A DNA stretch of 64,000 nt from Campylobacterales bacterium (GTDB taxonomy: Bacteria > Campylobacterota > Campylobacteria > Campylobacterales > Sulfurimonadaceae). The notes beneath the pieces were generated by a model, which worked only from the letters and a program-made list of their open reading frames with translations, searched no databases and was not told the origin of the DNA. The stretch covers positions 11,915 to 75,914 of the forward strand of contig JBBRBK010000005.1 in assembly GCA_038205935.1 (NCBI GenBank), in the 5' to 3' direction. The stretch's first letter is position 1. Each line of letters opens with the position of its first letter. Shown here piece after piece: positions 37,512 to 46,842 of the stretch. Made by a program: the position numbers and the translations under genes.

Positions 37512-39173
37512 TTATTGTAGTTGATCTTTTATCAAATCACCTAGAGAGTGTGATTCATTGTCGTTGATCTCATTCATCAACTCTTGGTTTTTGATGTAAT
37601 CAAGTTTTTTGATTGATAAACGGATACGGTCACGACGAGTGTCGATAGACGCGATAGCTGCTTCTATATCTGAACCAATAGTTAATTCCTCTTTTACAAG
37701 TGGAGCTAAATCTTCATCACGGATAAGAGCATCAATACCATCATCAAGTTGAACGAAGATACCGAAATCTTTGATATCACGGATTTTTCCATGAACTAAT
37801 TGATTTACTTTATGTGTCGTTGCAAATTTATCGATCGGGCTTTCTTGTAAAGCTTTGGAGTTTAAAGAGATTTTTTGATCTTCTTTATTGATTTTTGCAA
37901 TTTTAACTTTTACTTCTTCGCCAACTTTGAGCATCTCTTTACATTTAAAGTTTTTCTCCCAGCTTGCGTCTTGGTTATGTAATAAGCCTTCAACAGTACC
38001 GATACGAACAAACGCACCAAAATCAGTTAAAGATGTAACAACACCATCAACTACGTCACCTTCGTGAAAGTTTTTTGTAAACTCATCAAACGGTTTTGGT
38101 AAAAGACGTTTGAGTGACACACGGAGTTTATGAGTCTTAGGATTAATCTCTATAACTTCAACATCAAGCTCTTGACCAACAGTTAAATAATCAGCAGGAT
38201 TTTTAACGTTTTTGTCCCAAGTGATTTCAGAGATGTGTAAGAAACCTTCAATATCATTTCCAAGGTCTACAAATACACCATAAGCTTCTACATTGCTTAC
38301 AGTTACTGTAATTGTATCGCCTTCGTCTAATTCATCTTCAACTTCTGCCCAAGGATCTGGCTGAACAGCTTTGATAGAAAGTGAAAGATGACGTTTGTCT
38401 TTATCATAAGAGATTGCTTTTACAGTTACAACATCACCCTCTTTATAAAGTTTTGAAGGATTTACCGGACCTTTATAAGAGATCTCATTGTAGTGAACTA
38501 AACCATCAACACCACCAACATCTACGAACATGCCGTAGCTAGTGATCTTTTTGATTGTTCCCTCAACAATTACATCTTCTGCCATCAATGCATCAATGAT
38601 CTCTTTTTTACGTTTACGCTCTTCGTTGAAGAGTTTACGACGTGAAACAACGATAGCCATTTCAGCCTGATCAATCTTAACTACTTGAGCTTTGATTTTA
38701 CGTCCAATTACTTCTTCATTGTCTTTAAAAGCTGCCAATGAACGAGGCATAAAGAATGATACATCATCCGCTTCTACCACATAACCACCACGATTTTTCT
38801 TAGTGATTGTACCTTCGATGATAAGTTCTTCAAAATCATCTTTATGAGCCTCAATGAAATCAAGAGTTTTCTTTTGCTCCAATACCTTTTTATAAGATAT
38901 TTTCGGACGCTCATTGTAGTGACCTGTTACCATAACAGTAATTTTATCACCTACAGCGAATGTTAATTCTCCGTTTTCATCACGTAATTCATCTAAACTA
39001 AGAATACCTTCTAGTTTATCGCCTACGCCTACTAAAGCTCTGTTTTCATCTAATTGTATTTCTACGATTTCGCCTTCTGTTATACGGTTTGATTCTTGCT
39101 CTTTAAGAGACGCTTCAAACATTTCAGCAAAATTTTCTTCTTCAAATGGTTCGTTATCGATTGCCATACTCAT
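37512..39173 (-). CDS. rpsA: 30S ribosomal protein S1
   Basis: Six S1 repeats (YGMFVDVGGVDGLVH, YGVFVDLG..IEGFLHISE, FGAFV...VEGLLH). Confidence 0.97.
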   Translation of the reverse strand: MSMAIDNEPFEEENFAEMFEASLKEQESNRITEGEIVEIQLDENRALVGVGDKLEGILSLDELRDENGELTFAVGDKITVMVTGHYNERPKISYKKVLEQKKTLDFIEAHKDDFEELIIEGTITKKNRGGYVVEADDVSFFMPRSLAAFKDNEEVIGRKIKAQVVKIDQAEMAIVVSRRKLFNEERKRKKEIIDALMAEDVIVEGTIKKITSYGMFVDVGGVDGLVHYNEISYKGPVNPSKLYKEGDVVTVKAISYDKDKRHLSLSIKAVQPDPWAEVEDELDEGDTITVTVSNVEAYGVFVDLGNDIEGFLHISEITWDKNVKNPADYLTVGQELDVEVIEINPKTHKLRVSLKRLLPKPFDEFTKNFHEGDVVDGVVTSLTDFGAFVRIGTVEGLLHNQDASWEKNFKCKEMLKVGEEVKVKIAKINKEDQKISLNSKALQESPIDKFATTHKVNQLVHGKIRDIKDFGIFVQLDDGIDALIRDEDLAPLVKEELTIGSDIEAAIASIDTRRDRIRLSIKKLDYIKNQELMNEINDNESHSLGDLIKDQLQ

Positions 39174-39297
39174 TTCCCTTGTTACATATAAAATTCCGTA
39201 AGTGTACCTAAAAAAGAGTTACAGATATATTAATTTGCCAATTTTTCCAATAAAAAAAGATATAATCGAAGTATAAAAAGTTGATCAAGGAATAACA

Positions 39298-40896
39298 ATG
39301 GCATCTATTTTAGCAGGGAAAAAAGCACCAACAGAGATATTGGTTAATGTTGCGGATCTCATCAGTAGTTACTACACTACAAAACCAGATTTAAACAATC
39401 AAACAAACAGAGTTGCTTTTGGTACTTCTGGCCACCGTGGAAGCGCATTTGCTGGAAGTTTTAATGAAGATCACATTTTAGCCATCACACAAGCTGTGTG
39501 TGAATACAGAAAAGACAAAGTAAACAATCAGCTTTTCATAGGTATGGACACACACGCTCTTTCAACTTCTGCTCATAAAACGGCACTTGAAGTACTAGCG
39601 GCAAATGAAGTAACTACCTATTATACGCTCAAGTACACGCCTACGCCTGTTATTTCCAATGCTATTCTCACACACCAAGATACAGACGGCATCGTCGTAA
39701 CTCCTTCCCATAATCCCCCAGAAGATGGAGGTTTCAAATATAACGCGACCAACGGCGGACCTGCAAATGAAGATATTACAAAGTGGATCGAAAACAGAGC
39801 TAATGAAATTTTGGAAAATGGATTAAAAGATGTAAAACGCCTTCCGATTGAAGATGCACTCAAATCTCAGTATCTCATCGAATATGATTTTGTTACGCCT
39901 TATGTAGAAGGCTTGCAAGATGTGCTAGACATGCAAGCGATCAAAGATGCTAACATTTCCATTGGTGCTGATGCGCTTGGAGGTGCTGGTATGGAGTATT
40001 ATCACGCGATTAAAAAACGTTACGATCTGAATATGACTATTTTTCATGATACGCCAGATTTTACATTTTCATTTATGCACTGTGACAAAGATGGGAAAAT
40101 CCGCATGGATTGTTCAAGTCCGTATGCGATGGCTGGTCTTATTGCTATGAAAGATGATTTTGACATTTCTTTTGGAAATGATACAGATTTTGACAGACAC
40201 GGCATTGTCACAAAAAGTAAAGGACTTTTAAATCCAAATCATTATCTCTCAGTCGCCATCGATTATTTAGCTAAAAACAGAGATTTTTCTGGTCTTGGTG
40301 TGGGTAAAACACTTGTAAGCAGTTCTATGATAGACCGAATCTGCGAAGATAACGGCATCAAAGTACACGAAACTCCAGTGGGATTTAAATGGTTTGTAGA
40401 GCCTTTGATAGACGGCGAAATATTTTTCGGAGGAGAAGAGAGTGCAGGTGCGAGCTTTTTAAGAAAAGACAAAAAAATCTGGAGTACCGACAAAGATGGC
40501 ATTATCATGACACTTTTAAGTGCTGAGATACTCGCTATTACAGGAATTGATCCAGGTGAATATTATGAAAATCTCACCAAAAAACATGGAGCGCCTATCT
40601 ATGCCAGAATCGATGCTCCGGCAAATCTTAAGCAAAAAAACATCCTCAAAAACCTCTCACCAGAAGCTATAAAAACCACAACTCTTGCGGGAGAAAATAT
40701 AGAAAAAATCCTCACATCTGCAGACAACGGGGCAAAAATAGGCGGGCTCAAAGTTGTGGCAAAAAATGGCTGGTTTGCCCTTCGTCCATCAGGAACTGAG
40801 GATGTTTATAAGATCTACGCAGAGAGTTTCATCGATGAAGCACATTTAAAAATGATACAAACAGAGGCACAGGAGATCGTAAACTCACTCTTTTGA
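39298..40896 (+). CDS. pgm: phosphoglucomutase (alpha-D-glucose-1,6-bisphosphate-dependent)
   Basis: Motifs FGTSGHRG, TPSHNPP (phospho-Ser), NDTDFDRH, GEESAG and RPSGTE. TATAAT at 39261 and an AAGGA RBS upstream. Confidence 0.95.
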   Translation: MASILAGKKAPTEILVNVADLISSYYTTKPDLNNQTNRVAFGTSGHRGSAFAGSFNEDHILAITQAVCEYRKDKVNNQLFIGMDTHALSTSAHKTALEVLAANEVTTYYTLKYTPTPVISNAILTHQDTDGIVVTPSHNPPEDGGFKYNATNGGPANEDITKWIENRANEILENGLKDVKRLPIEDALKSQYLIEYDFVTPYVEGLQDVLDMQAIKDANISIGADALGGAGMEYYHAIKKRYDLNMTIFHDTPDFTFSFMHCDKDGKIRMDCSSPYAMAGLIAMKDDFDISFGNDTDFDRHGIVTKSKGLLNPNHYLSVAIDYLAKNRDFSGLGVGKTLVSSSMIDRICEDNGIKVHETPVGFKWFVEPLIDGEIFFGGEESAGASFLRKDKKIWSTDKDGIIMTLLSAEILAITGIDPGEYYENLTKKHGAPIYARIDAPANLKQKNILKNLSPEAIKTTTLAGENIEKILTSADNGAKIGGLKVVAKNGWFALRPSGTEDVYKIYAESFIDEAHLKMIQTEAQEIVNSLF

Positions 40897-40909
40897 TGTA
40901 ACAAAAAAG

Positions 40910-40939
40910 TGCTATGATTGTCTCCTTACATGTAAGGAG
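40910..40939 (+). promoter_or_regulatory. extended -10 (TGCTATGAT) followed by an 18-bp perfect palindrome CTCCTTACATGTAAGGAG that contains the RBS
   Basis: TG-C-TATGAT at 40910-40918. Palindrome at 40922-40939 includes AAGGAG 6 nt before the ATG at 40946. Confidence 0.6.
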
Positions 40940-40945
40940 TTTTCT

Positions 40946-41752
40946 ATGCGAGTTATAAGTTTTATAAACGGTTCTTTGATCTCGGAAAGCGCATCACTCT
41001 ATGCTCTTCATTATGCCAAAGAGATGAAATTAAAAATTGATTTTATCCATATTGAAAGTCAAGATAATCTCAGTGAGGTACAAGCAAGCTTCAAAAAGCT
41101 CACATTACTAGCAGATTCTTATGAAGTTGAAAATGAATTTCTCCTCTTTGACAGCTTCGATGGTGCCAAGGAATATCTCACAAGTAAAGAGCTCGATGTT
41201 ATCTTTTGTGCCACAAGACATAACCACTCTTTTTTTGAAAAATCCTTTGCCCAAACCCTTCTTAAAGCCAATATCAAAACTGATTTGGCAATCGTGAAAG
41301 TTCTCAAGCTCTCCATGCAAGAGAGTGTCGATAAAATTGTAATGCCAATCAGAGGTTCAAAACTTTCTGTAAAAAAATTCACTTTTTTCTCAGCTTTCAC
41401 TCTTGCTTACAATGCAAAAGCTGAGATCTATTCTTTAGATAAATCTTCAAAGGGTGAAATGGCCAATCTTTCTATTCAACAAGAAAGAGAACGTTTCCAA
41501 GAGATTTTATTTAATCTCAAACACTATTTTACACTTGCAAAAATGATGCACCTTAAATTTTCCATCAAGCATAATTTTGCACTTTTAGCAGATGAAAAAA
41601 TTAAAGCTCATATTGTAAAAAATAACTATGATCTTGCCATAGTCGGCGGGCATCACGACAAAACTTTTTTTGGACACCATCCCATCGATATCTTATTTGA
41701 AACTCCAATCACAAACACACTCTTCTTTATTCCTTACAAAGATCAGGTATGA
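40946..41752 (+). CDS. universal stress protein (tandem USP domains)
   Basis: INGS..SE.A..YA, FIHIE, IVMPI.G and YDLAIVGG...FFG..P fit a two-domain USP. Confidence 0.75.
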   Translation: MRVISFINGSLISESASLYALHYAKEMKLKIDFIHIESQDNLSEVQASFKKLTLLADSYEVENEFLLFDSFDGAKEYLTSKELDVIFCATRHNHSFFEKSFAQTLLKANIKTDLAIVKVLKLSMQESVDKIVMPIRGSKLSVKKFTFFSAFTLAYNAKAEIYSLDKSSKGEMANLSIQQERERFQEILFNLKHYFTLAKMMHLKFSIKHNFALLADEKIKAHIVKNNYDLAIVGGHHDKTFFGHHPIDILFETPITNTLFFIPYKDQV

Positions 41753-44424
41753 AGCCCTTTGAATACACGCCCGAGCAACTCTTTTTAGAGTTTAAGACAA
41801 GCAAAGAGGGCTTACATGTAAGCGAAGTACAAAAGAGACAAAATGAGTTTGGTAAAAATGTCATAGAGTCAAAAAAGAAAAAAAACTACGTCAAGGAATA
41901 TTTTAAACAGTACATAGAATTCTTTCCTATTCTTCTTGAGATTGCAGCTGTTTTAGCTTTTGTGGCTGAACATTATCAGCCTCATCAAGGAAATAATATT
42001 TTAGGCTACGCTATCTTTGGCGCCGTTATTATCAATGCAAGCTTCACATTTTGGCAAAACTTTAAAGCTGACAAAGCTATGGACGCACTTTTAAGACTAA
42101 TGCCGACCATCATCAAAGTAAGACGCGACGCCAAAACAGTGCAAGTGGATGCAAGCGAACTTGTTCCCGGAGATATTATGCTCCTTGAAGAGGGAGATAA
42201 AATTGCCGCCGATGGTGTACTGCTCGAAGTAAATGAACTTTACATCAACACCTCTTCACTTGATGGAGAATCAAGACCAAGTAGAAGAGAGCTTACATGT
42301 AAAGAAGCAAAAAGAAATATTGATGCGAAAAATATGGTCTATGCGGGAACAAGCGTTGTAAACGGAAGCGGCGAAGCTGTGGTCGTGGCAACTGCAATGG
42401 CAACAGAGTTTGGAAAGATCGCAACGCTTACAAGCAATATAGAAAAAGGTCTCACACCTCTTGAAAAAGAGGTGATCAAAATGACTAAAATTTTGACCAT
42501 CCTTGCCCTTCTAGCGGGAGTCGTCTTTTTTGCTTTGGGATATTTTTCAGGTAAAGGAATCCTTATGGCGGCGATATTTGCGCTTTCACTCATAGTCGCC
42601 AATGTTCCAGAGGGTCTGCTTCCAACCATCACTCTCTCTCTTTCTCTAGCTTCACAAAGAATGGCTAAAAAAAATGCGCTTATCAAAAACCTTGCTTCAG
42701 TGCAGACACTTGGAAGTGTGACAACTATCTGTACCGATAAAACAGGAACTTTGACAAAAAATGAGATGACACTCAAAGAGATCTATCTTGCAAGCGGAGA
42801 AAAGATATCTATCAGCGGCAGTGGATATGAAACGACGGGAGAATTTGAAATAGAAAATGAAAATGAAAAGTCCAAGCAATATCTTACACTTTTACTACAA
42901 GCAGGACTCTTCAACTCAAGAGCCAATATTATAGATGATAAGATCATCGGCGATCCGACAGAACTTGCCATTGTTGCAGCCGCGAAAAAATATAATATAA
43001 ATAGTGGCTTCGTAAAACTAAAAGAAAATCCTTTCAGTTCCGAGCGAAAAATGATGTCAACATTTGGACAATTAGATGGCAAAGAGATCCTTTTTGTCAA
43101 AGGTGCGCCTGAAGTATTACTGACCAAAACAACCCATTTGCAAGATACGGACGGATTAAAAAACTTTGATGACGAAGCCAAAGAAAGAGTCCTACGCGAA
43201 CTTGAAGCCTTTGAAAATAGTGCATATAGGGTTTTAGCCATCGCGATAAATGATAAAGATGAAGAGGAAAATCTCACCCTGCTTGGACTTGTCGCCATTA
43301 TGGATATCGCACGTCCTGAGGTTAAAGATGCCCTTGCAAAATGCTACACAGCAGGAATCCGTATCATCATGATAACCGGCGATAACGCTAACACCGCCGC
43401 AGCGATAGGAAAACAAATAGGTCTACAATATGATGAAGTCTTAACAGGCAATCAAGTTGCAGAACTTAGCACCGAAGAGCTTCAAAAACTTTTAGAGAAA
43501 AAAACCTATATCTTTGCCCGAATGGCAAGTAATCAAAAGCTCAAAATCGCCGATGCTCTGCAAAAAAATGGCGAAGTCGTCGCCATGACTGGTGATGGTG
43601 TCAATGACGCGCCCTCACTGAAAAAAGCGGATATCGGTATTGCCATGGGAAGTGGAACCGACGTGGCAAAAGAGTCAAGTGATATGATCTTGCTTGATGA
43701 CAATTTCAACTCCATTGTCTCAGCCATCGAAGAGGGGAGAACGGTTTACTTTAACATCAAAAAGTTTGTGACTTATATCCTCTCCTCCAATGTTCCAGAA
43801 ATCGTGCCTTATGTTATGTCATTCTTTTTTAAGATACCAAATCCACTTTCGGTAATTCAGATATTGTCTATCGATCTTGGTTCAGATATGCTCCCAGGTC
43901 TTGCGCTTGGAAGTGAAAATCCTGAAAAAAATATCATGAAAAGACCGCCTGTAAGCAAAGATGAGAAGATTCTTGATTGGGAAGTCTTCAAGCGCGGATA
44001 TTTCTTTATAGGTATCATCGAAGCGGGTGCGGCGATGTTTGCATTTATGACTTTTCTTTTTTCACACGGTTGGCAATATGGCGATGTCAATCTTAAAGAT
44101 CCTGTTTTTGCCGCTCAGGCGATGACCATGACACTTTTAGGCGCCGTGACAAGCCAGCTTGCAAACGTCTGGACGCTTCGAAGCTGGGACTTTAATATCT
44201 GGACACTCAGCTGGAAATCTAACAAAACACTTTTGTTTGCATGGAGTGCCGTACTTGTCTGGATTTACATGCTTTTAAATGTCACGGCCGTTCAAAAAGT
44301 ATTTAACACCGCACACGTTCCACTTAGTGATCTTTGGATATTACTTCCATTTCCTATTCTTATACTTGTTAGCCACGAAACATACAAATATCTCAGACTA
44401 AAAAAAATTGAATCTCCACGATGA
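41749..44424 (+). CDS. cation-transporting P-type ATPase, type II (P2C Na+/K+-ATPase-like signatures)
   Basis: Motifs DKTGTLT, KGAPE, MITGD, TGDGVNDAP, VANVPEGL, SNVPEI and SIDLGSD. Confidence 0.93.
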   Translation: MKPFEYTPEQLFLEFKTSKEGLHVSEVQKRQNEFGKNVIESKKKKNYVKEYFKQYIEFFPILLEIAAVLAFVAEHYQPHQGNNILGYAIFGAVIINASFTFWQNFKADKAMDALLRLMPTIIKVRRDAKTVQVDASELVPGDIMLLEEGDKIAADGVLLEVNELYINTSSLDGESRPSRRELTCKEAKRNIDAKNMVYAGTSVVNGSGEAVVVATAMATEFGKIATLTSNIEKGLTPLEKEVIKMTKILTILALLAGVVFFALGYFSGKGILMAAIFALSLIVANVPEGLLPTITLSLSLASQRMAKKNALIKNLASVQTLGSVTTICTDKTGTLTKNEMTLKEIYLASGEKISISGSGYETTGEFEIENENEKSKQYLTLLLQAGLFNSRANIIDDKIIGDPTELAIVAAAKKYNINSGFVKLKENPFSSERKMMSTFGQLDGKEILFVKGAPEVLLTKTTHLQDTDGLKNFDDEAKERVLRELEAFENSAYRVLAIAINDKDEEENLTLLGLVAIMDIARPEVKDALAKCYTAGIRIIMITGDNANTAAAIGKQIGLQYDEVLTGNQVAELSTEELQKLLEKKTYIFARMASNQKLKIADALQKNGEVVAMTGDGVNDAPSLKKADIGIAMGSGTDVAKESSDMILLDDNFNSIVSAIEEGRTVYFNIKKFVTYILSSNVPEIVPYVMSFFFKIPNPLSVIQILSIDLGSDMLPGLALGSENPEKNIMKRPPVSKDEKILDWEVFKRGYFFIGIIEAGAAMFAFMTFLFSHGWQYGDVNLKDPVFAAQAMTMTLLGAVTSQLANVWTLRSWDFNIWTLSWKSNKTLLFAWSAVLVWIYMLLNVTAVQKVFNTAHVPLSDLWILLPFPILILVSHETYKYLRLKKIESPR

Positions 44425-44570
44425 CAAGAATCTCTCAACACAAGAATAGAGGATAATTGTAGTACAATCCGAGCTACACTTAATTTTATCCTATATTATG
44501 TGTCTGTCTTCACTCACCTACAGAAATATAAAATATATATACTCTCAATCACCAAATACAAGGAAATCCC

Positions 44571-45353
44571 ATCCAACCACTTACTCCACAAGGCCAAAAT
44601 CTGGTCAATAATCTTGCTTCAAAATATAATTTAAGTACAAATGCTGTTATCTATATGATCGGCGCTGTTAACAATGGCGGAGGCAGTATGGCTCAGTTTA
44701 ATTCTCCAGAACTTGGTGGCTCGGGTCAATGGATGAGAGGCGGAATGACGATGGTTGGAGATATGTTCAACCATGGTCTTAAAATGACAGTGGATAATCT
44801 CTGTTCTGAGATCTCCAATGCACTTTCTTCAATGCAAATATTTCCAGTGATTCCTGCAGGTACACCGGGAAGTAACCAATGGTGGCCAACTGATCTTGGT
44901 GCACCTTTTAGCAGCGGCTCGCAAAATAACATCCGTTACGCAGTTTTTCCTCATAGACTTGCTGTTGAATTAAACGGTCAAGTCACTGTTTATGATACGC
45001 TCGATAACAACATAGGTGGAGTTTCTCAACAGCAAGGCGGAAATAATTCACTCACTTTTAGTAGTCAGTATGGCACTATTGCCGTTTCTACCCTTCCTAT
45101 TGTTTCAGGTGCGAACACTGTTGCACCACAAAGTAATTTTATCCAACCGACAAACAACAACTTTTTAAATCCAGAGCCTTTTATACCAAATATAACTACG
45201 CAACCGATCAAACCTGAGATAAATGAGCAGTCAAATCACTCGTCTATTGCGATTGTTGAACTGATCGAACAAGTTGCAAAACTACATGATGCGGGTGTAC
45301 TGAGTGACAATGAATTCAACTCTAAAAAAGCTGAGTTATTAAGTCGTCTTTAA
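44571..45353 (+). CDS. SHOCT domain-containing protein
   Basis: MAQFN.PE.GGSGQWM.GGM, WWP.DLG.P.SSGSQN..RYA.F and a C-terminal SHOCT (L.D.GVLS..EF..KKAELL). Frame is open back to an ATC at 44571 behind an AAGGA RBS; first ATG is at 44655. Confidence 0.8.
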   Translation: MQPLTPQGQNLVNNLASKYNLSTNAVIYMIGAVNNGGGSMAQFNSPELGGSGQWMRGGMTMVGDMFNHGLKMTVDNLCSEISNALSSMQIFPVIPAGTPGSNQWWPTDLGAPFSSGSQNNIRYAVFPHRLAVELNGQVTVYDTLDNNIGGVSQQQGGNNSLTFSSQYGTIAVSTLPIVSGANTVAPQSNFIQPTNNNFLNPEPFIPNITTQPIKPEINEQSNHSSIAIVELIEQVAKLHDAGVLSDNEFNSKKAELLSRL

Positions 45354-45420
45354 ATAATTTTATACAAATATCTAAAGCCAAAAACGATATAATTCCCTAC
45401 TTAATTCGTTGGCGGTAAAA

Positions 45421-46833
45421 TTGTTATTTAATTCTTATGCTTTTATTTTTTTATTCCTACCTGTTATGCTTATGGGCTACTTTTGGCTTTTACAAAAACG
45501 ACTTGTATTAGGCTCAAAAGTTTGGCTAGTCGGTGGCAGTCTTGTTTTTTATGGCTACTGGAATATTATCTACATCCCTCTTCTTCTCGCAAGTATCTTT
45601 ATCAACTTCTCCGTGGGTTCGGCAATGTCAGATGCACCGCGAGGAAAAAGAAGAGCAAAGCTGCTCAAAACATTCTCTTCTAAACAGCTTCTTTGGTTTG
45701 GTTTATTTTTCAATATTGCTCTTTTGGCTTATTTCAAATATACAGATTTTTTTCTTGTCAACTTTAACGGTATTTTTGGTGCGCATGTTCCTTTGTCTCA
45801 CATTATTTTACCTCTTGGAATCAGCTTTTTCACCTTTACTCAGATAGCATTCTTAGTGGATGCATATAAGAATGAAGTCAAAGAGTATAATCTTTTACAC
45901 TATATGCTCTTTGTAACTTACTTTCCACATTTACTTGCAGGTCCAATTTTACATCACAAAGAGATGATGCCTCAGTTTGCAAGCAAATGGAATTATGCTC
46001 TGAGATGGCGCAATATTGGAGCTGGACTCTTTTTATTTTCAATCGGTTTATTTAAAAAAGTGATTATCGCTGATTTTTTTGCTGACTATGCAAACTATTT
46101 TTATGCCGACACCATAAATTTGGATATGTTACAAGCTTGGGCCGCATCACTCACTTATACCCTACAACTCTATTTTGATTTTAGTGGTTATACAGATATG
46201 GCGATCGGAGTGAGTTTACTTTTCAATATCCGCCTTCCTATCAACTTTAACTCTCCATACAAGGCCACAAGCATTCAGGATTTTTGGAGAAGATGGCATA
46301 TGACGCTTTCTCGTTTCTTGCGTGACTATATCTACATTCCTCTCGGCGGCAGCAGAAAAGGAAGTTTCAGAACCTATGTCAATCTTATGGCCACTTTTGT
46401 CATTGGTGGCATTTGGCATGGAGCTGGCTGGACTTATGTCTTTTGGGGATTTTTACACGGTATTGCTTTAGTTATCAACCATGCATGGAAGTCATTTGGC
46501 TTTAAACTTCCAACAGTGCTTGCATGGTTTATCACCTTTAACTTTGTCAACCTTGCATGGGTGTTTTTTAGAGCGCCCACTTGGGAAGATGCAACCAATG
46601 TTGTCATAGCAATGTTTGATCTTGGGGAATTTAACTTGGATGATATTTACGATAGCAGTGTTTACTGGCAAGTTATTCTCGGAGTACTTATGACACTTGT
46701 ATTTAAAAACTCAAATCAATGGGCAAAGATGCAAAAAGCAACGTTGAAATATCAACTCTTCACTGCTTTGCTCTTAATAATTGGAATTCTCTACCTTTCA
46801 AAGGTAAGTGAATTTATCTATTTTCAATTTTAG
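45421..46833 (+). CDS. MBOAT family O-acyltransferase (AlgI/PatA/DltB-like), copy 1
   Basis: Motifs LPLGISFFTF, FPHL.AGPI, YFDFSGYTDMA, FWRRWH and GIWHGA. Likely TTG start at 45421; TATAAT at 45388. Confidence 0.93.
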   Translation: MLFNSYAFIFLFLPVMLMGYFWLLQKRLVLGSKVWLVGGSLVFYGYWNIIYIPLLLASIFINFSVGSAMSDAPRGKRRAKLLKTFSSKQLLWFGLFFNIALLAYFKYTDFFLVNFNGIFGAHVPLSHIILPLGISFFTFTQIAFLVDAYKNEVKEYNLLHYMLFVTYFPHLLAGPILHHKEMMPQFASKWNYALRWRNIGAGLFLFSIGLFKKVIIADFFADYANYFYADTINLDMLQAWAASLTYTLQLYFDFSGYTDMAIGVSLLFNIRLPINFNSPYKATSIQDFWRRWHMTLSRFLRDYIYIPLGGSRKGSFRTYVNLMATFVIGGIWHGAGWTYVFWGFLHGIALVINHAWKSFGFKLPTVLAWFITFNFVNLAWVFFRAPTWEDATNVVIAMFDLGEFNLDDIYDSSVYWQVILGVLMTLVFKNSNQWAKMQKATLKYQLFTALLLIIGILYLSKVSEFIYFQF

Positions 46834-46842
46834 GGTTTTGAC

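Noticed and set aside
42339..43298. Antisense ORFs of 145 and 171 aa within the ATPase (and similar short shadow ORFs throughout the window)
   Set aside because: They lie fully antisense or out of frame within well-supported genes and show no motifs or RBS; they are codon-bias shadows.
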